Below, in pieces: positions 23,501 through 34,400 of a DNA stretch of 64,000 bases; position 1 is the stretch's first letter, and each line of letters starts with the position of its first letter. The position numbers were made by a program, and so were the translations under genes. The DNA lies in assembly GCA_002269645.1 (NCBI GenBank), contig NIVC01000189.1:62001-126000 (forward strand), written 5' to 3'. The DNA comes from Macrostomum lignano (lineage: Eukaryota). The notes under the pieces were generated by a model. The model had not been told where the DNA came from and ran no database searches. It saw only the letters and a program-made list of their open reading frames with translations.

Positions 23501-26277
23501 TAGAGCTGTCTTAACTGAGGAATGTAGGGCTGTCTTAACCATGAGGAATGTAGGACTGTCTTAACTGAGGAATGTAGGATTGTCTTAACTGAGGAATGTA
23601 GGATTGTCTTAACTGAGGAATGTAGGGCTGTCTTAACCATGAGGAATGTAGGGCTGTTTTAACTGAGGAATGTAGGGCTGTCTTAACTGAGGAATGTAGG
23701 GCTGTCTTGACTGAGGAATGTAGGGCTGTCTTAACTGAGGAATTTAGTTTATTTAAGGTTAGCCTCTGGGGTAACATGTGCCTTTGGTTGCCACACCTGG
23801 TCACCCCTATTAAAACACCCATCTCCCATTCTCCGCAACACCAGTTCGAGAACTCCCGTCTGACCAAGCAGAAGCTCGAGTTGAGCCGCGAAGTCGCCGA
23901 ACTGAAAGACAAACTCAAAGCCGCCGAGATTAAAGTCGAACGCGAGAAGGTCAGCGCAATTTTTTTTAATTGACTATTCTAAAAACTATTACTTGTAGTA
24001 GAGTGATTTGAATATCATAACCGTTGAATCTAAACTCCTTTAATGACAAAACACAATACACAGGAAGAAAATGATGACCTACTAATGGAGACGAAAAATC
24101 TAAACGCTAAAATTAAAGAAGTTCAGAACATGCTCAACGCTCAAGAGCGGGAAAACAAAGAGCTGAAGGTATCGCAACGAAATATGAGTAGTATCTATTG
24201 AGTTTTGGTGTTGGTCAAATCTTTTCTATTTTGCATGCTTCATTTTGATAACGGTGACCGTCTTCTGAAATTTTGTCGCAATTCCAAACGTGAAACGTAG
24301 AGGGCCCGCAGCCCAGTGGTCTGGCGCGGCGCTCTGATGTGCCAGCGGCCCAGGCTCGATTCCAACTGCAGTCGCATTAATTTGGGGCTAAATTGGAATC
24401 TCGGCTTGGCTCTGCTCGTGCAATTAACGCCCAGCTTGAGAGCCAACCCCCCAGGGCACAGTGAAGTGTACATGCCTAACGATAAATAAAGTTAGGGCAG
24501 CTGTACACTCCTGTGTGAGTGTGTGCCTGTGCGTATGACTGCGTACGTATCCGCGCGCTTGTGTGCCTGCTGGGCAGTTGTGTGACAATGTCGCTTAAAG
24601 TGCACCAGGGTACACACAGCCCCCTGCCTGTAATAAAAAATATTGTGAGATTTCTGTTGCACAGATTCATACTTCCAAATCCAACAGAGATTCAACGACA
24701 ATCTCGAAGGCGCTATTCGAAGCAGCGAAGCCGAAGACAGGAGCAAAGCTGAACGCTTGGAGAGGGACTGCGAGCAGCGGGTGAAGTCTGCCAAGGCTCA
24801 GGTGGCGCAGAAGGAGGCGGAACTCGCCCAGCTCAAGGTTTGTGCTTGACGCTGTCTTGTCAGGGAAAGCAAAAAAGTCAGGGAATACTGTTTAACTGGG
24901 GAATATGGGATAGTTGTAGCCTTAGCGCTTAGAGCGTCGGACTCAAGACTGAAAGATCCGTGGTTCGATTCTCGATCCTACTCGGAAACAATTTGTGTCC
25001 TTGAGCAAGAGACACTTAAAACTCTGCATTGCTTCAGTTCACCCAGCTGTAGAATGGGTGCCAGCATTAGCTGGGGTAATTGAGGCTGTGTGTGGCGACC
25101 CATAGGCCAATTAATTCGGGGGGTTGTCGTGCGGTTCCCAGCCATGAGGGCCAAGCTCTAAGACTCACAGGGTGTACCGAAAGGAAGATCTAAATTCGAA
25201 TTTCGAACCTGTCAGGAAGACGCCGAGGGCCAATACTCGGCCAGGAAGGCTGCGGAAGAGTTCGCCAACCGGCTGGACAGAAATCTGCGCAAAAAGGAGC
25301 TCGAGGCGGAGAAGCTTCTGGATGAGAAGCGATCGCTGGAGGCTCAGGTGGAAGAGCTCAATAACCAGCTGCGCACAGACCGCACAGATCGCAACCGTTA
25401 CAACGAGCTCATTCAGAAGCTCAACGAAGCTCAAAAGAAAGCTGATACACTGGAGAAAGCGCTCAATATGAAGAATTCTGAGACCTCGAAGATGCTAATG
25501 AGTGAGTTGTTAATTTTTATTAGTACTGTAAATTACTGGTTGCAGGTACACAGTGATATAGTCAGTAGCGTTGGTTCAAAAAAAGTTCGTATCAAGTTGT
25601 ATAAGACTTTATACTTTTTTATTAATCATCTAGAGAGGGGTTGTAGACTTATTAGGGGTTAGAGCATCAGACTCACGACTTGAAGGTCTATGGTTCGATT
25701 CCGGATCCCCAATGAAACAATTTGTGCCCTTGAGCAAGGCACTTAACTCTGCATTGCTTCAGTTCACCCAGCTGTAAAATGGGTGCCAGCATTAGCTGGG
25801 GAAATTAAGGATGTGTGTGGCGACCCCCCCCCCCCCAGTCCTTGGACTGAACAGCCGTACGCAGCCTTCAAATGCACCGCGCAATAGCTGCGGCTGAGCT
25901 GTCGATTGTACATCTGGCCCATCAATTACAGTTATCATATCAAGTCCTGTACTGACTCCCTTGCAGACACCCAGGAAGGCTTCCAAAGGCAGGTGCAAAA
26001 TGAGCGTAGAGAGCGCGAAGAGATGCAGCAGAAGATGGAGCGCCAGCAGCAGTTGCTATCCGAGCAGACGGAGAAAATGAAGAAGCAACTTGAGCGAACG
26101 GCCAAGACCGACCAGCTGCTAAAAGAGCTCTACGCTGAGAATGCCCAGCTCATGAAGGCTCTGCAGGTCACCGAGCAGCGCCAGAAAGTGGCCGAGCAGC
26201 GCTGCCAGCAGCTTGACGACAAATGCCGCAGTCTGCAGAAAGTTCTCGGCAGAGTCAGCCAGGGGGCCGCTCACTGA
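58..26277 (+). CDS. NIN: Giant multi-exon gene (5' end outside window): helical-repeat array + long coiled coil + ninein/NINL-type C-terminus; ninein-family centrosomal protein
   Basis: 37 exons traced by hand with canonical AG/GT boundaries, an uninterrupted reading frame (7797 nt including the stop) and no stop until TGA 26275-26277. The last exon encodes LLKELYAENAQLMKALQVTEQRQKVAEQR, matching from memory the human ninein/NINL tail (LY.ENAQLLKALEVTEQRQKTAEKK). Joining the repeat block to the coiled-coil block is inferred from phase compatibility. Confidence 0.7.
6677..6815. repeat. Degenerate hexamer repeat (CCCTAG/CCCTAA, telomere-like)
   Basis: ccctagccctagcc...ccctaaccc run inside an intron. 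Confidence 0.75.
6896..7150 (+). CDS. Ser/Thr/Glu-rich linker exon of the same gene
   Basis: tttacag acceptor at 6894-6895, 255-nt open frame (PRIAMASSTGRPAD...PPK), gtatgc donor at 7151, phase 0 on both sides. Confidence 0.7.
7886..25501 (+). CDS. Coiled-coil exons (E/K/L/Q-rich heptads)
   Basis: Exons: 7886-8095, 13921-13971, 14116-14241, 15013-15117, 15235-15339, 16712-16921, 17014-17118, 17297-17401, 17716-18021, 18120-18224, 18521-18796, 19934-20383, 21574-21678, 22342-22533, 23845-23949, 24064-24168, 24688-24837, 25216-25501. All have AG/GT boundaries and are phase 0, except the last donor (phase 1). Confidence 0.88.
8187..13518. repeat. 47-bp tandem satellite, ~110 copies, intronic
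   Basis: Unit GATTGTTACCTGTTGGATCAGAGAGTGTCACAGGTTAGATAATTACA; period 47 measured at 9361/9408. Confidence 0.97.
14504..14567. repeat. (AAGT)n microsatellite
   Basis: Direct reading. Confidence 0.95.
15454..16461. repeat. 20-bp minisatellite (CCCTTGTTTCTTGGTGGGCT)n, intronic
   Basis: Direct reading; explains the spurious ORFs at 15.4-16.5 kb. Confidence 0.95.
19325..19868. repeat. 17-bp C-rich minisatellite (CCTCAACCCCCTCYYTC)n, intronic
   Basis: Direct reading; lies between exons 18521-18796 and 19934-20383. Confidence 0.9.
20380..21497. repeat. 21/22-bp minisatellite (GAATGTAGGTTTACCCTGTCAG)n starting at the splice donor
   Basis: The first two units read GAAG-GTAGGTTTACCTTGTCAG and include the donor at 20384. 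Confidence 0.95.
21899..22215. repeat. ~37-bp tandem repeat with palindromic AGTGACGTCACT core
   Basis: Perfect TGACGTCA at 21948, 21985, 22024, 22061, 22098, plus variant copies. Confidence 0.85.
22570..23743. repeat. 24-bp minisatellite (TTAACTGAGGAATGTAGGGCTGWC)n, intronic
   Basis: Direct reading; follows donor gtattc at 22534. Confidence 0.95.
24302..24640 (+). mobile_element. tRNA-derived SINE, family A, copy 1
   Basis: A-box-like CAGCCCAGTGG, B-box-like GGCTCGATTCC, A-rich tail. A homologous copy in reverse orientation lies at 59806-60162. Confidence 0.7.
24912..25145 (+). mobile_element. tRNA-derived CORE-type SINE, family B, copy 1
   Basis: A box TAGCCTTAGCGC (24917), B box GGTTCGATTC (24962), then TGTGTCCTTGAGCAAGAGACACTTAA...CTTCAGTTCACCCAGCTGTAGAATGGG, resembling the MIR/CORE domain. 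Confidence 0.75.
25637..25900 (+). mobile_element. tRNA-derived CORE-type SINE, family B, copy 2
   Basis: B box GGTTCGATTCC (25692) and TGTGCCCTTGAGCAAGGCACTTAACTCTGCATTGCTTCAGTTCACCCAGCTGTAAAATGGG (25723-25783); clearly homologous to copy 1. Confidence 0.75.
25967..26277 (+). CDS. NIN: Terminal exon with ninein/NINL/Bsg25D C-terminal motif
   Basis: Phase-1 acceptor ttgcag at 25965-25966. Encodes ...ERTAKTDQLLKELYAENAQLMKALQVTEQRQKVAEQRCQQLDDKCRSLQKVLGRVSQGAAH*. Similarity to ninein C-termini is recalled, not searched. Confidence 0.8.
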
Positions 26278-26366
26278 GATACCTGACCAATGAGTTTCAC
26301 AAGAGCACCAGACACGGAACAATCTCCTCATTTTCAACTTTGCATTCCTTTGCCATTCCTCTCAAC

Positions 26367-26372
26367 AATAAA
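26367..26372 (+). terminator. Candidate polyadenylation signal AATAAA
   Basis: AATAAA about 90 nt after the stop codon of the ninein-like gene. Confidence 0.5.
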
Positions 26373-26989
26373 GTATAAAATGCTTTAATTAGAGAAAATT
26401 ATTTATTTCCCTTGCACTTTTTTGACGCTCCAGAAACTACAAGACTCGTGAAAAACAGTTACTGCGCGGGTTTCGTTGTTGCTTTTGTTTAAATTTTCGT
26501 ATTACTTTTGAGAGCAGAAAAACAAAGTCGTTGAAACTTGCCGCTCTAGAAACATATTTTCGTTTAAGTTGACTCCTTGTCGAGTAACGAAGTGTTACTC
26601 AAACGTTAATAAGCTTAATGATTTTGAGTTATTTTTGTTTTCATTTACTGAGGTATCTTGTGTTTATTTTTCTTCCATTCATAACATACTTCATATTGAA
26701 GAGGCTGCGCCTTTAGTCTGAGTAAGTGGGACTCTCTAAAGAAACGATGGTGTAAGGGTTCTAACAGCAGGTATTAATCTCATCTGCTGCAACTTTTATC
26801 AGCCGCCATTTTTGCAAATAAAATTTTTAATGAAAATTAGTAACAGCTGCAGTAATTATTATTTTATAAACTATTAAAGTATTGCCTTGTATTAAAATCA
26901 AAATCAATAAATAAACTTTAAAACTAATTTATTACTTCTACCAAATTCAGATCGTGAATTTTTGTTGCTAAATTTGGCATGGAGTTGCT

Positions 26990-27525
26990 ATGGGGTGGTG
27001 GATTAAATGGGGTGGTGGATTAAACGGGGTGGTGGATTAAATGAAGTGATGGATTAAATGGGTGGTTGGTTTAATGGGGTGGTGGGTTTAATGGGGTGGT
27101 GGGTTCAATGGGGTGGTGGGTTTAATGGGGTGGTGGGTTCAATGGGGTGGTGGGTTTAATGGGGTGGTGGGTTTAATGGGGTGGTGGGTTCAATGGGGTG
27201 GTGGGTTTAATGGGGTGGTGGGTTTAATGGGGTGTTGGGTTCAATGGGGTGGTGGGTTTAATGGGGTGGTGGGTTCAATGGGGTGGTGGGTTCAATGGGG
27301 TGGTGGGTTCAATGGGGTGGTGGATTCAATGGGGTGGTGGGTTCAATGGGGTGGTGGGTTCAATGGGGTGGTGGATTCAATGGGGTGGTGGATTCAATGG
27401 GATGGTGGGTTTATTGGGGTGGCGGAATTAGTGGGGTGGTGGGTTTAATTGGCTGGTGGGTTTATTAGGGTGGTGGATTCAACGAGGTGGTGGATTCAAT
27501 GAGGTGGTGGATTCAGTGGGGTGGC
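26990..27525. repeat. 17-bp G-rich minisatellite (AATGGGGTGGTGGGTTY)n
   Basis: Direct reading; lies between the 3' ends of two convergent genes. Confidence 0.92.
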
Positions 27526-28428
27526 ACGTGGGCTGTACAACGGTTGAGTGCTGCGGCTGAGCAGGTGAAATTTGTTAATGCTAGCAAGGTTTAAGTTTTA
27601 ATAATTTAACAGTGAAAGCCACTCAACGAATTATATGAACGCATTTTAGAGAAAAATGGCATGAAAACTTACAAAAAGGGATTAACGCTTCTGTTAATCT
27701 TCTGTTCAACTAAATAAACGCGACTTATTGTTGAAATTATTTATTTTATTATTATTAATAATAAGTGTTGAGAGTAATGCATGATGTACAGTTAAAAGCA
27801 ACAATTTACAGTGTCCAGATGCCGTTCAAAAGCAGATAGTAAGTAAATTAGTCATTTAGTTAGTCACCAGGCAAAGGGAAAATGGTTTACTAATACAATA
27901 ATATTAATTATTGTCCACCATCAAGGGTGTGTGCGCTAAATGACATTCAGCTGTTAAACAGGTAGCACAAAAAATACAGCGGTTTGGTACAAGAATAGCT
28001 AGCACATGTTGAAAACTCGAGCTACACAAGTCAGACAAAAAAAATAAAATTTGCCATATCTCACAGCAGCTGAGTATTTGTAAGGCCAGAAAAACCGCTA
28101 TAGAAGTTCGCAGAGCAGTCTATTTGGGAGACGGAAAAATAAAAGACAAGCACAGCACACGCCTGTCTAATATAATCAGTAATGAATGCACAGAACTTCT
28201 ATTGCGCAACTGCTTTTTTTATTAATCGAGTAGAAACCAACACACGCACATATCCTACTAGAAGTAGTTAAACAAAATAGTGGACATTGTTAACAAAATG
28301 TTTGTTTTTGTCTAGAAAAGCTGCATTTGAAAAATGAGTCACTACACATGATTGGTAAAGACAGGCAAAGATTGATCTGCTAAATATTACCTGTGCAGTA
28401 CATACTGTACTTGCTAGTGTAAGTTACA

Positions 28429-31400
28429 TTAGGGCTTATGAAATCGAGTGAATCTCTTGCTTTCCTCGTGAACCGGCATTTCGTAGGCTTTGAAGTCGTT
28501 TAACTCTTTACGGATGCGAGCCTGAAATTGGAATTTTCCATTGTATGAGCTTAAATTGGGGTTGCATAAGTTCTATTACTGATCTGCTTTACCTGAGGAT
28601 CTGGGGGGCTGGTCATATCTGGGGATCTGGGAGGCTGGTCACCTGGGGATCTGGGAGGCTGGTCATACCTGGGAATCTGGGAGGTTGGTCATACCTGGGG
28701 ATCTGGGAGGCTGGTCATACCTGGGGATCTGGGAGGCTGGTCATACCTGGGGATCTGGGAGGCTGGCCATACCTGGGGATCTGGGAGGCTGGTCATACCT
28801 GGGGATCTGGGAGGCTGGTCATACCTGGGGATCTGGGAGGCTGGTCATACCTGGGGATCTGGGAGGCTGGTCACCTGAGGATCTGTGAGGCTGGTCATAC
28901 CTGGGGATCTGGGGGGCTGGTCATATCTCGGGATCCGGGAGGCTGGTCACCTGAGGATCTGTGAGGCTGGTCATACCTGGGGATCTGGGGGGCTGGTCAT
29001 ATCTCGGGATCCGGGAGGCTGGTCACCTGAGGATCTGAGAGGCTGGTCACCTGGGGATCTGAGAGGCTGGTCACCTGAGGATCTGAGAGGCTGGTCACCT
29101 GAGGATCCGGGAGGCTGGTCACCTGAGGATCTGGGAGGCTGGTCACCTGGGGATCTGAGAGGCTGGTCACCTGAGGATCTGAGAGGCTGGTCACCTGAGG
29201 ATCCGGGAGGCTGGTCACCTGAGGATCTGGGAGGCTGGTAACCTGGGGATCTGGGAGGCTGGTCACCTGAGGATCTGGGAGGCTGGTCACCTGAGGATCT
29301 GGGAGGCTGGTCACCTGAGGATCTGGGAGGCTGGTCACCTGAGGATCTGGGAGGCTGGTAACCTAGGGATCCGGGAGGCTGGTCACCTGAGGATCTGCGA
29401 GGCTGGTCACCTAGGGATCTGGGTGGCTGGTCAGTTAGGCATCTGGGAGGCTGGTCAGTTAGGGACCTGGGAGCCTGGTCACCTGAGGATCCGGGAGGCT
29501 GGTCACTTAGGGATCTGGGAGGCTGGTCACATGAGGATCTGTGAGGCTGGTCACCTGAGGATCTGGGAGGCTGGTCACCTGAGGATCTGGGAGGCTGGTC
29601 ACCTGAGGATCTGGGAGGCTGGTCACCTGAGGATCTGCGAGGCTGGTCACCTGAGGATCTGGGAGGCTGGTCAGTTAGGGACCTGGAAGGCTGGTCACCT
29701 GAGGATCTGGGAGGCTGGTCACCTGAGGATCTGCGAGGCTGGTCACCTGAGGATCTGGGAGGCTGGTAACCTGGGGATCTGGGAGGCTGGTCACCTGAGG
29801 ATCTGGGAGGCTGGTCACCTGAGGATCTGAGAGGCTGGTCACCTGAGGATCTGGGAGGCTGGTCACCTGAGGATCTGCGAGGCTGGTCACCTGAGGATCT
29901 GAGAGGCTGGTCACCTAAGGATCTGGGAGGCTGGTCACCCGAGGATCTGGGAGGCTGGTCATACCTGGGGATCTGGGAGGCTGGTCATACCTGGGGATCT
30001 GGGAGGCTGGTCATACCTGGGGATCTGGGAGGCTGGTCATACCTGGGGATCTGGGAGGCTGGTCATACCTGGGAATCTGGGAGGTTGGTCATACCTGGGG
30101 ATCTGGGAGGCTGGTCATACCTGGGGATCTGGGAGGCTGGTCATACCTGGGGATCTGGGAGGCTGGCCATACCTGGGGATCTGGGAGGCTGGTCATACCT
30201 GGGAATCTGGGAGGTTGGTCATACCTGGGGATCTGGGAGGCTGGTCATACCTGGGGATCTGTGAGGCTGGTCATACCTGGGGATCTGGGAGGCTGGTCAC
30301 CTGAGGATCTGTGAGGCTGGTCATACCTGGGGATCTGGGAGGCTGGTCATACCTGGGGATCTGGGAGGCTGGTCACCTGAGGATCTGTGAGGCTGGTCAT
30401 ACCTGGGGATCTGGGAGGCTGGTCATACCTGGGGATCTGGGAGGCTGGTCACCCGAGGATCTGGGATGATGTTTAGTTAAACAGCTAATGAACGTTGGAT
30501 CCCATAGGATCCAAATAAAGGCAGAAAGGCCAGTTGAGCACGGCAACAAACCTTATCCACCGCAGTCAGCCGAGTCCACGGCTTGTCTACAGCCCTGTCG
30601 TACTCCTCCGTGTCGGTGACCTCCACATAGTCATTGAATCGGATGATGCGCTTCTCTCGCAATTCCTGAATTGTGGGCCGGAAGCTCAGCTTCCTAGTCA
30701 GATATTTGATAATCTGCTGCTTCTCGGTCTCCAGAGCCGCTTCCGACTTGTTGTGCAGAATATTCCGACACTGCAGCTCCTCTGGCGTCGGTCTTTGACT
30801 CAGGCGACGTTCCAGCACGCTACCGATTCTGTCGCGCTCCTCGCGACGCTCCTGGGACGGCACTCGACGTACCGATAGAATCTGGCGACGTTCGACTTTC
30901 TGAGATTCTAGAAATCTGGCTAGAGAATCTTTGCGCTTGATTTTCGCTGCCAGGCCCGAGCGGGGAGCGGCGCCGGCGGTGGATGAGCCGCTTGACGTGT
31001 CGGCGGCGGCGGCTGAAGACGGCGACGTGTTGGCGGTGGTGACGGCTGCTGGACGGGTTCCGCTGCGGGAGGCCTGGAAGGGGTTGAAAGGTTTAGATGA
31101 TTGCTTTTTGACATAGTGGTTGGATCAAGTTAAGGATCTGGGAGGGGAGTTGGGTCAAGTTAAGGATCTGGGAGGGGAGTTGGGTCAAGTTGGGGATCTG
31201 GGAGGGGAGTTGGGTCAAGTTGGGGATCTGGGGAGGGGAGTTGGGTCAAGTTGGGGATCTGGGAGGGGAGTTGGGTCAAGTTGCGGATCTGGGAGGGGAG
31301 TTGGGTCAAGTTGAGGATCTGGGAGGGGAGTTGGGGATCTAAAGGGGGTTAGATCAAGTTGGGGATCTGGGAGAGGAGCTGGGTCAAGTTCGGGATCTGG

Positions 31401-34400
31401 GCGGGGAGTTGGGTCAAATTGGGGATCTAGAAGGGGATTTGGGTCAAATTGGGGATTTGGAGGGGGGAATTGGGTCAAGTTGGGGATCTGGAGAGGGGAT
31501 TTCGGTCAAGTTGGGGATCTGGGAGGGAGTTGGGTCAAGTTGGGGATCTAAAGGGAGTTAGATCAAGTTGGGGATCTAAAGGGAGTTAGATCAAGTTGGG
31601 GATCTGGGAGGGGATTTGGGTCAAGTTGGGGATATGAGAGGGTGGTTGGATTAAGTTGGGACAGCGATTGGAGCAAGTAGAGGGATCTGGAAAAATAGCA
31701 ACAGCCCCAAAGAGTGAAAATGGAGGATCTAGACAGATATACTAATAACAACAGCATTTCAACAGCTTACCTTATCCTTCCCCTTGCTTCCTGGCAGTTT
31801 AATAATGCCCCGCTCAGGCTGCCTGCTCAGGTCGGGCTGTTTAGCGGGCACCTGCTCGTAGCCTTCCATCCCGGGAACGCTGTCATCAGCTTCCTCATCA
31901 CCGTCGATGGAGCTGTCTTCATCGATGTCGTCGTCATCTTCATCGGCAACATCGTCGTAGAATCGATCGCCGCTTTGTTGATCAACATTAGCAGCCTCAT
32001 CGCTGTCCGAATCGCTATTATGATGATTATTATTACTACTACTATTATTATTATTAGTATTGGAGTCGTCTTCTTCGTCGCTATAATCGTTGGCAAGTGG
32101 CGACACGGGAACTGTAGCGGATGCGGAGGCTGCTAGCAGCTGTTGTTGACGTTGAATTAATTGCTTCTGCAGCATCAGGTGCTGAGATTGGCCAGCCGCT
32201 GATGAATATGACAGGTCCACTGTTGGCGCGGAGCTGATGCTCTGATTGTTGTTGTTATTGTGATGCTTCTGGTTGCTGTCAGCGCTGACAATGGCTGGAA
32301 TCAGGGACAAGTATCAGATTTATTATTTGTTGTAATAGTTTCTTATTTATTAATAGCAGTAGTTATCCATTCTACTGACAAGTATTTCATACTATTCCTG
32401 AGTTCTCCATGCTACTGATTAGTACTCAATACTACTCACGAGTACTCTACACTACTCACGAGTACTCTACACTACTCATGAGTACTCTACACTACTCACG
32501 AGCACTCATACTACCCATGAGTACTCAATACTACTCACGATCACTCATACTACTCATGAGTACTCAATACTACTCATGAGTACTCAATACTACTCATGAG
32601 TACTCAATACTACTCATGAGTACTCTACACTACTCATGAGTACTCAATACTACTCATGAGTACTCAATACTACTCATGAGTACTCAATACTACTCACGAG
32701 CACTCATACTACTCATGAGTACTCAATACTACTCATGAGTACTCAATACTACTCATGAGTACTCAATACTACTCATGAGTACTCAATACTACTCATGAGT
32801 ACTCTACACTACTCATGAGTACTCAATACTACTCATGAGTACTCAATACTACTCATGAGTACTCAATACTACTCATGAGTACTCTACACTACTCATGAGT
32901 ACTCAATACTACTCATGAGTACTCAATACTACTCATGAGTACTCTACACTACTCATGAGTACTCAATACTACTCATGAGTACTCAATACTACTCATGAGT
33001 ACTCAATACTACTCATGAGTACTCTACACTACTCACGAGTACTCCATACTCGTCTTGAATGTAAACGCTGCAACTCACCCAAAGGTCGATTGTCGCTAAC
33101 GCTGGTTTCTCCAGACTTTGGCGTCGAACTGACGTGACGAAGCAGTGACATGCCGGGAGGCTGACCGCCGCCGGCGCCGCCGAGAGTCGCTGGGCCAACA
33201 GGCAGTACCGGCACCCCGCCTGATACACGGGCAGTTGGCGAAGCTGCAGATAGTTTGAAAAGTTTCAGGAATGAAGAGGCTTTTGATGAAGAAGTTGGCT
33301 GATGAAGAGATGAAGGGGCAGATTACTCAGAGAAATATTCTTGAAGTAAGACACAAGGATTCTTATAAAATGTACATTGATTTCGACCACAAAGCAATCA
33401 TTTTAAACTCAAACTTCAAAGCAGATCGGGCAAAATGACGCGATGTGACGTGATGATAGACTAGCTTGGCATGCACATAGAGGGCTAAACCTATTAGTCT
33501 ATCACACAACAGGCAATGCTTACACTGAAAATTATAACAAATTTTAGTTCCGAGCAAATTAGAGATCTTGCCCAGCAACTGAGGATCTGGGAGGCTGGCC
33601 CAGCAACTGAGGATCTGGGAGGCTGGCCCAGCAACTGAGGATCTGGGAGGCTGGCCCAGCAACTGAGGATCTGGAGGGCTGGCCCAGCAACTGAGGATCT
33701 GGGAGGCTGGCCCAGCAACTGAGGATCTGGGAGGCTGGCCCAGCAACTGAGGATCTGGAGGGCTGGCCCAGCAACTGAGGATCTGGGAGGCTGGCCCAGC
33801 AACTGAGGATCTGGGAGGCTGGCCCAGCAACTGAGGATCTGGGAGGCTGGCCCAGCAACTGAGGATCTGGGAGGCTGGCCCAGCAACTGAGGATCTGGGA
33901 GGCTGGCCCAGCAACTGAGGATCTGGGAGGCTGGCCCAGCAACTGAGGATCTGGGAGGCTGGCCCAGTAACTGAGGATCTGGGAGGCTGGCCCAGTAACT
34001 GAGGATCTGGGAGGCTGGCCCAGCAACTGACACTCTGAGAGGCTGGCCCAGCATTGGGAGACGTAGCCAGAAACAAATCGTGCAAATCTGGTGGTAAAAA
34101 AAATAAAAAAACTTGCGGCAAGCACATTGGTAATAGTCATTAGTTTGCCATGCACTTTCCGACAAATAATACTTTAACAGCTGATACACTGCCGAAAAAA
34201 AACAAATTTTAGAAAAAAAAACTGAAAGCCACACCAAAGCTAAACTGCTGCTGGTCTGAGGTGGGCAACTGAGGCGACAGGATCAATAGAGGCTGAGGCC
34301 GAGCAGGTCGACTTTGATCAGCATTGTCAGCTGACAGAATCCGATGGAAAGGTCTGGGCCGCAGTGCCACAGACGATTGGTCAATCAGCTGATCAGAATT

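Noticed and set aside
24912-24985. Possible tRNA gene
   Set aside because: Has A/B boxes but no convincing cloverleaf/acceptor stem and continues into a shared SINE body; treated as a SINE head.
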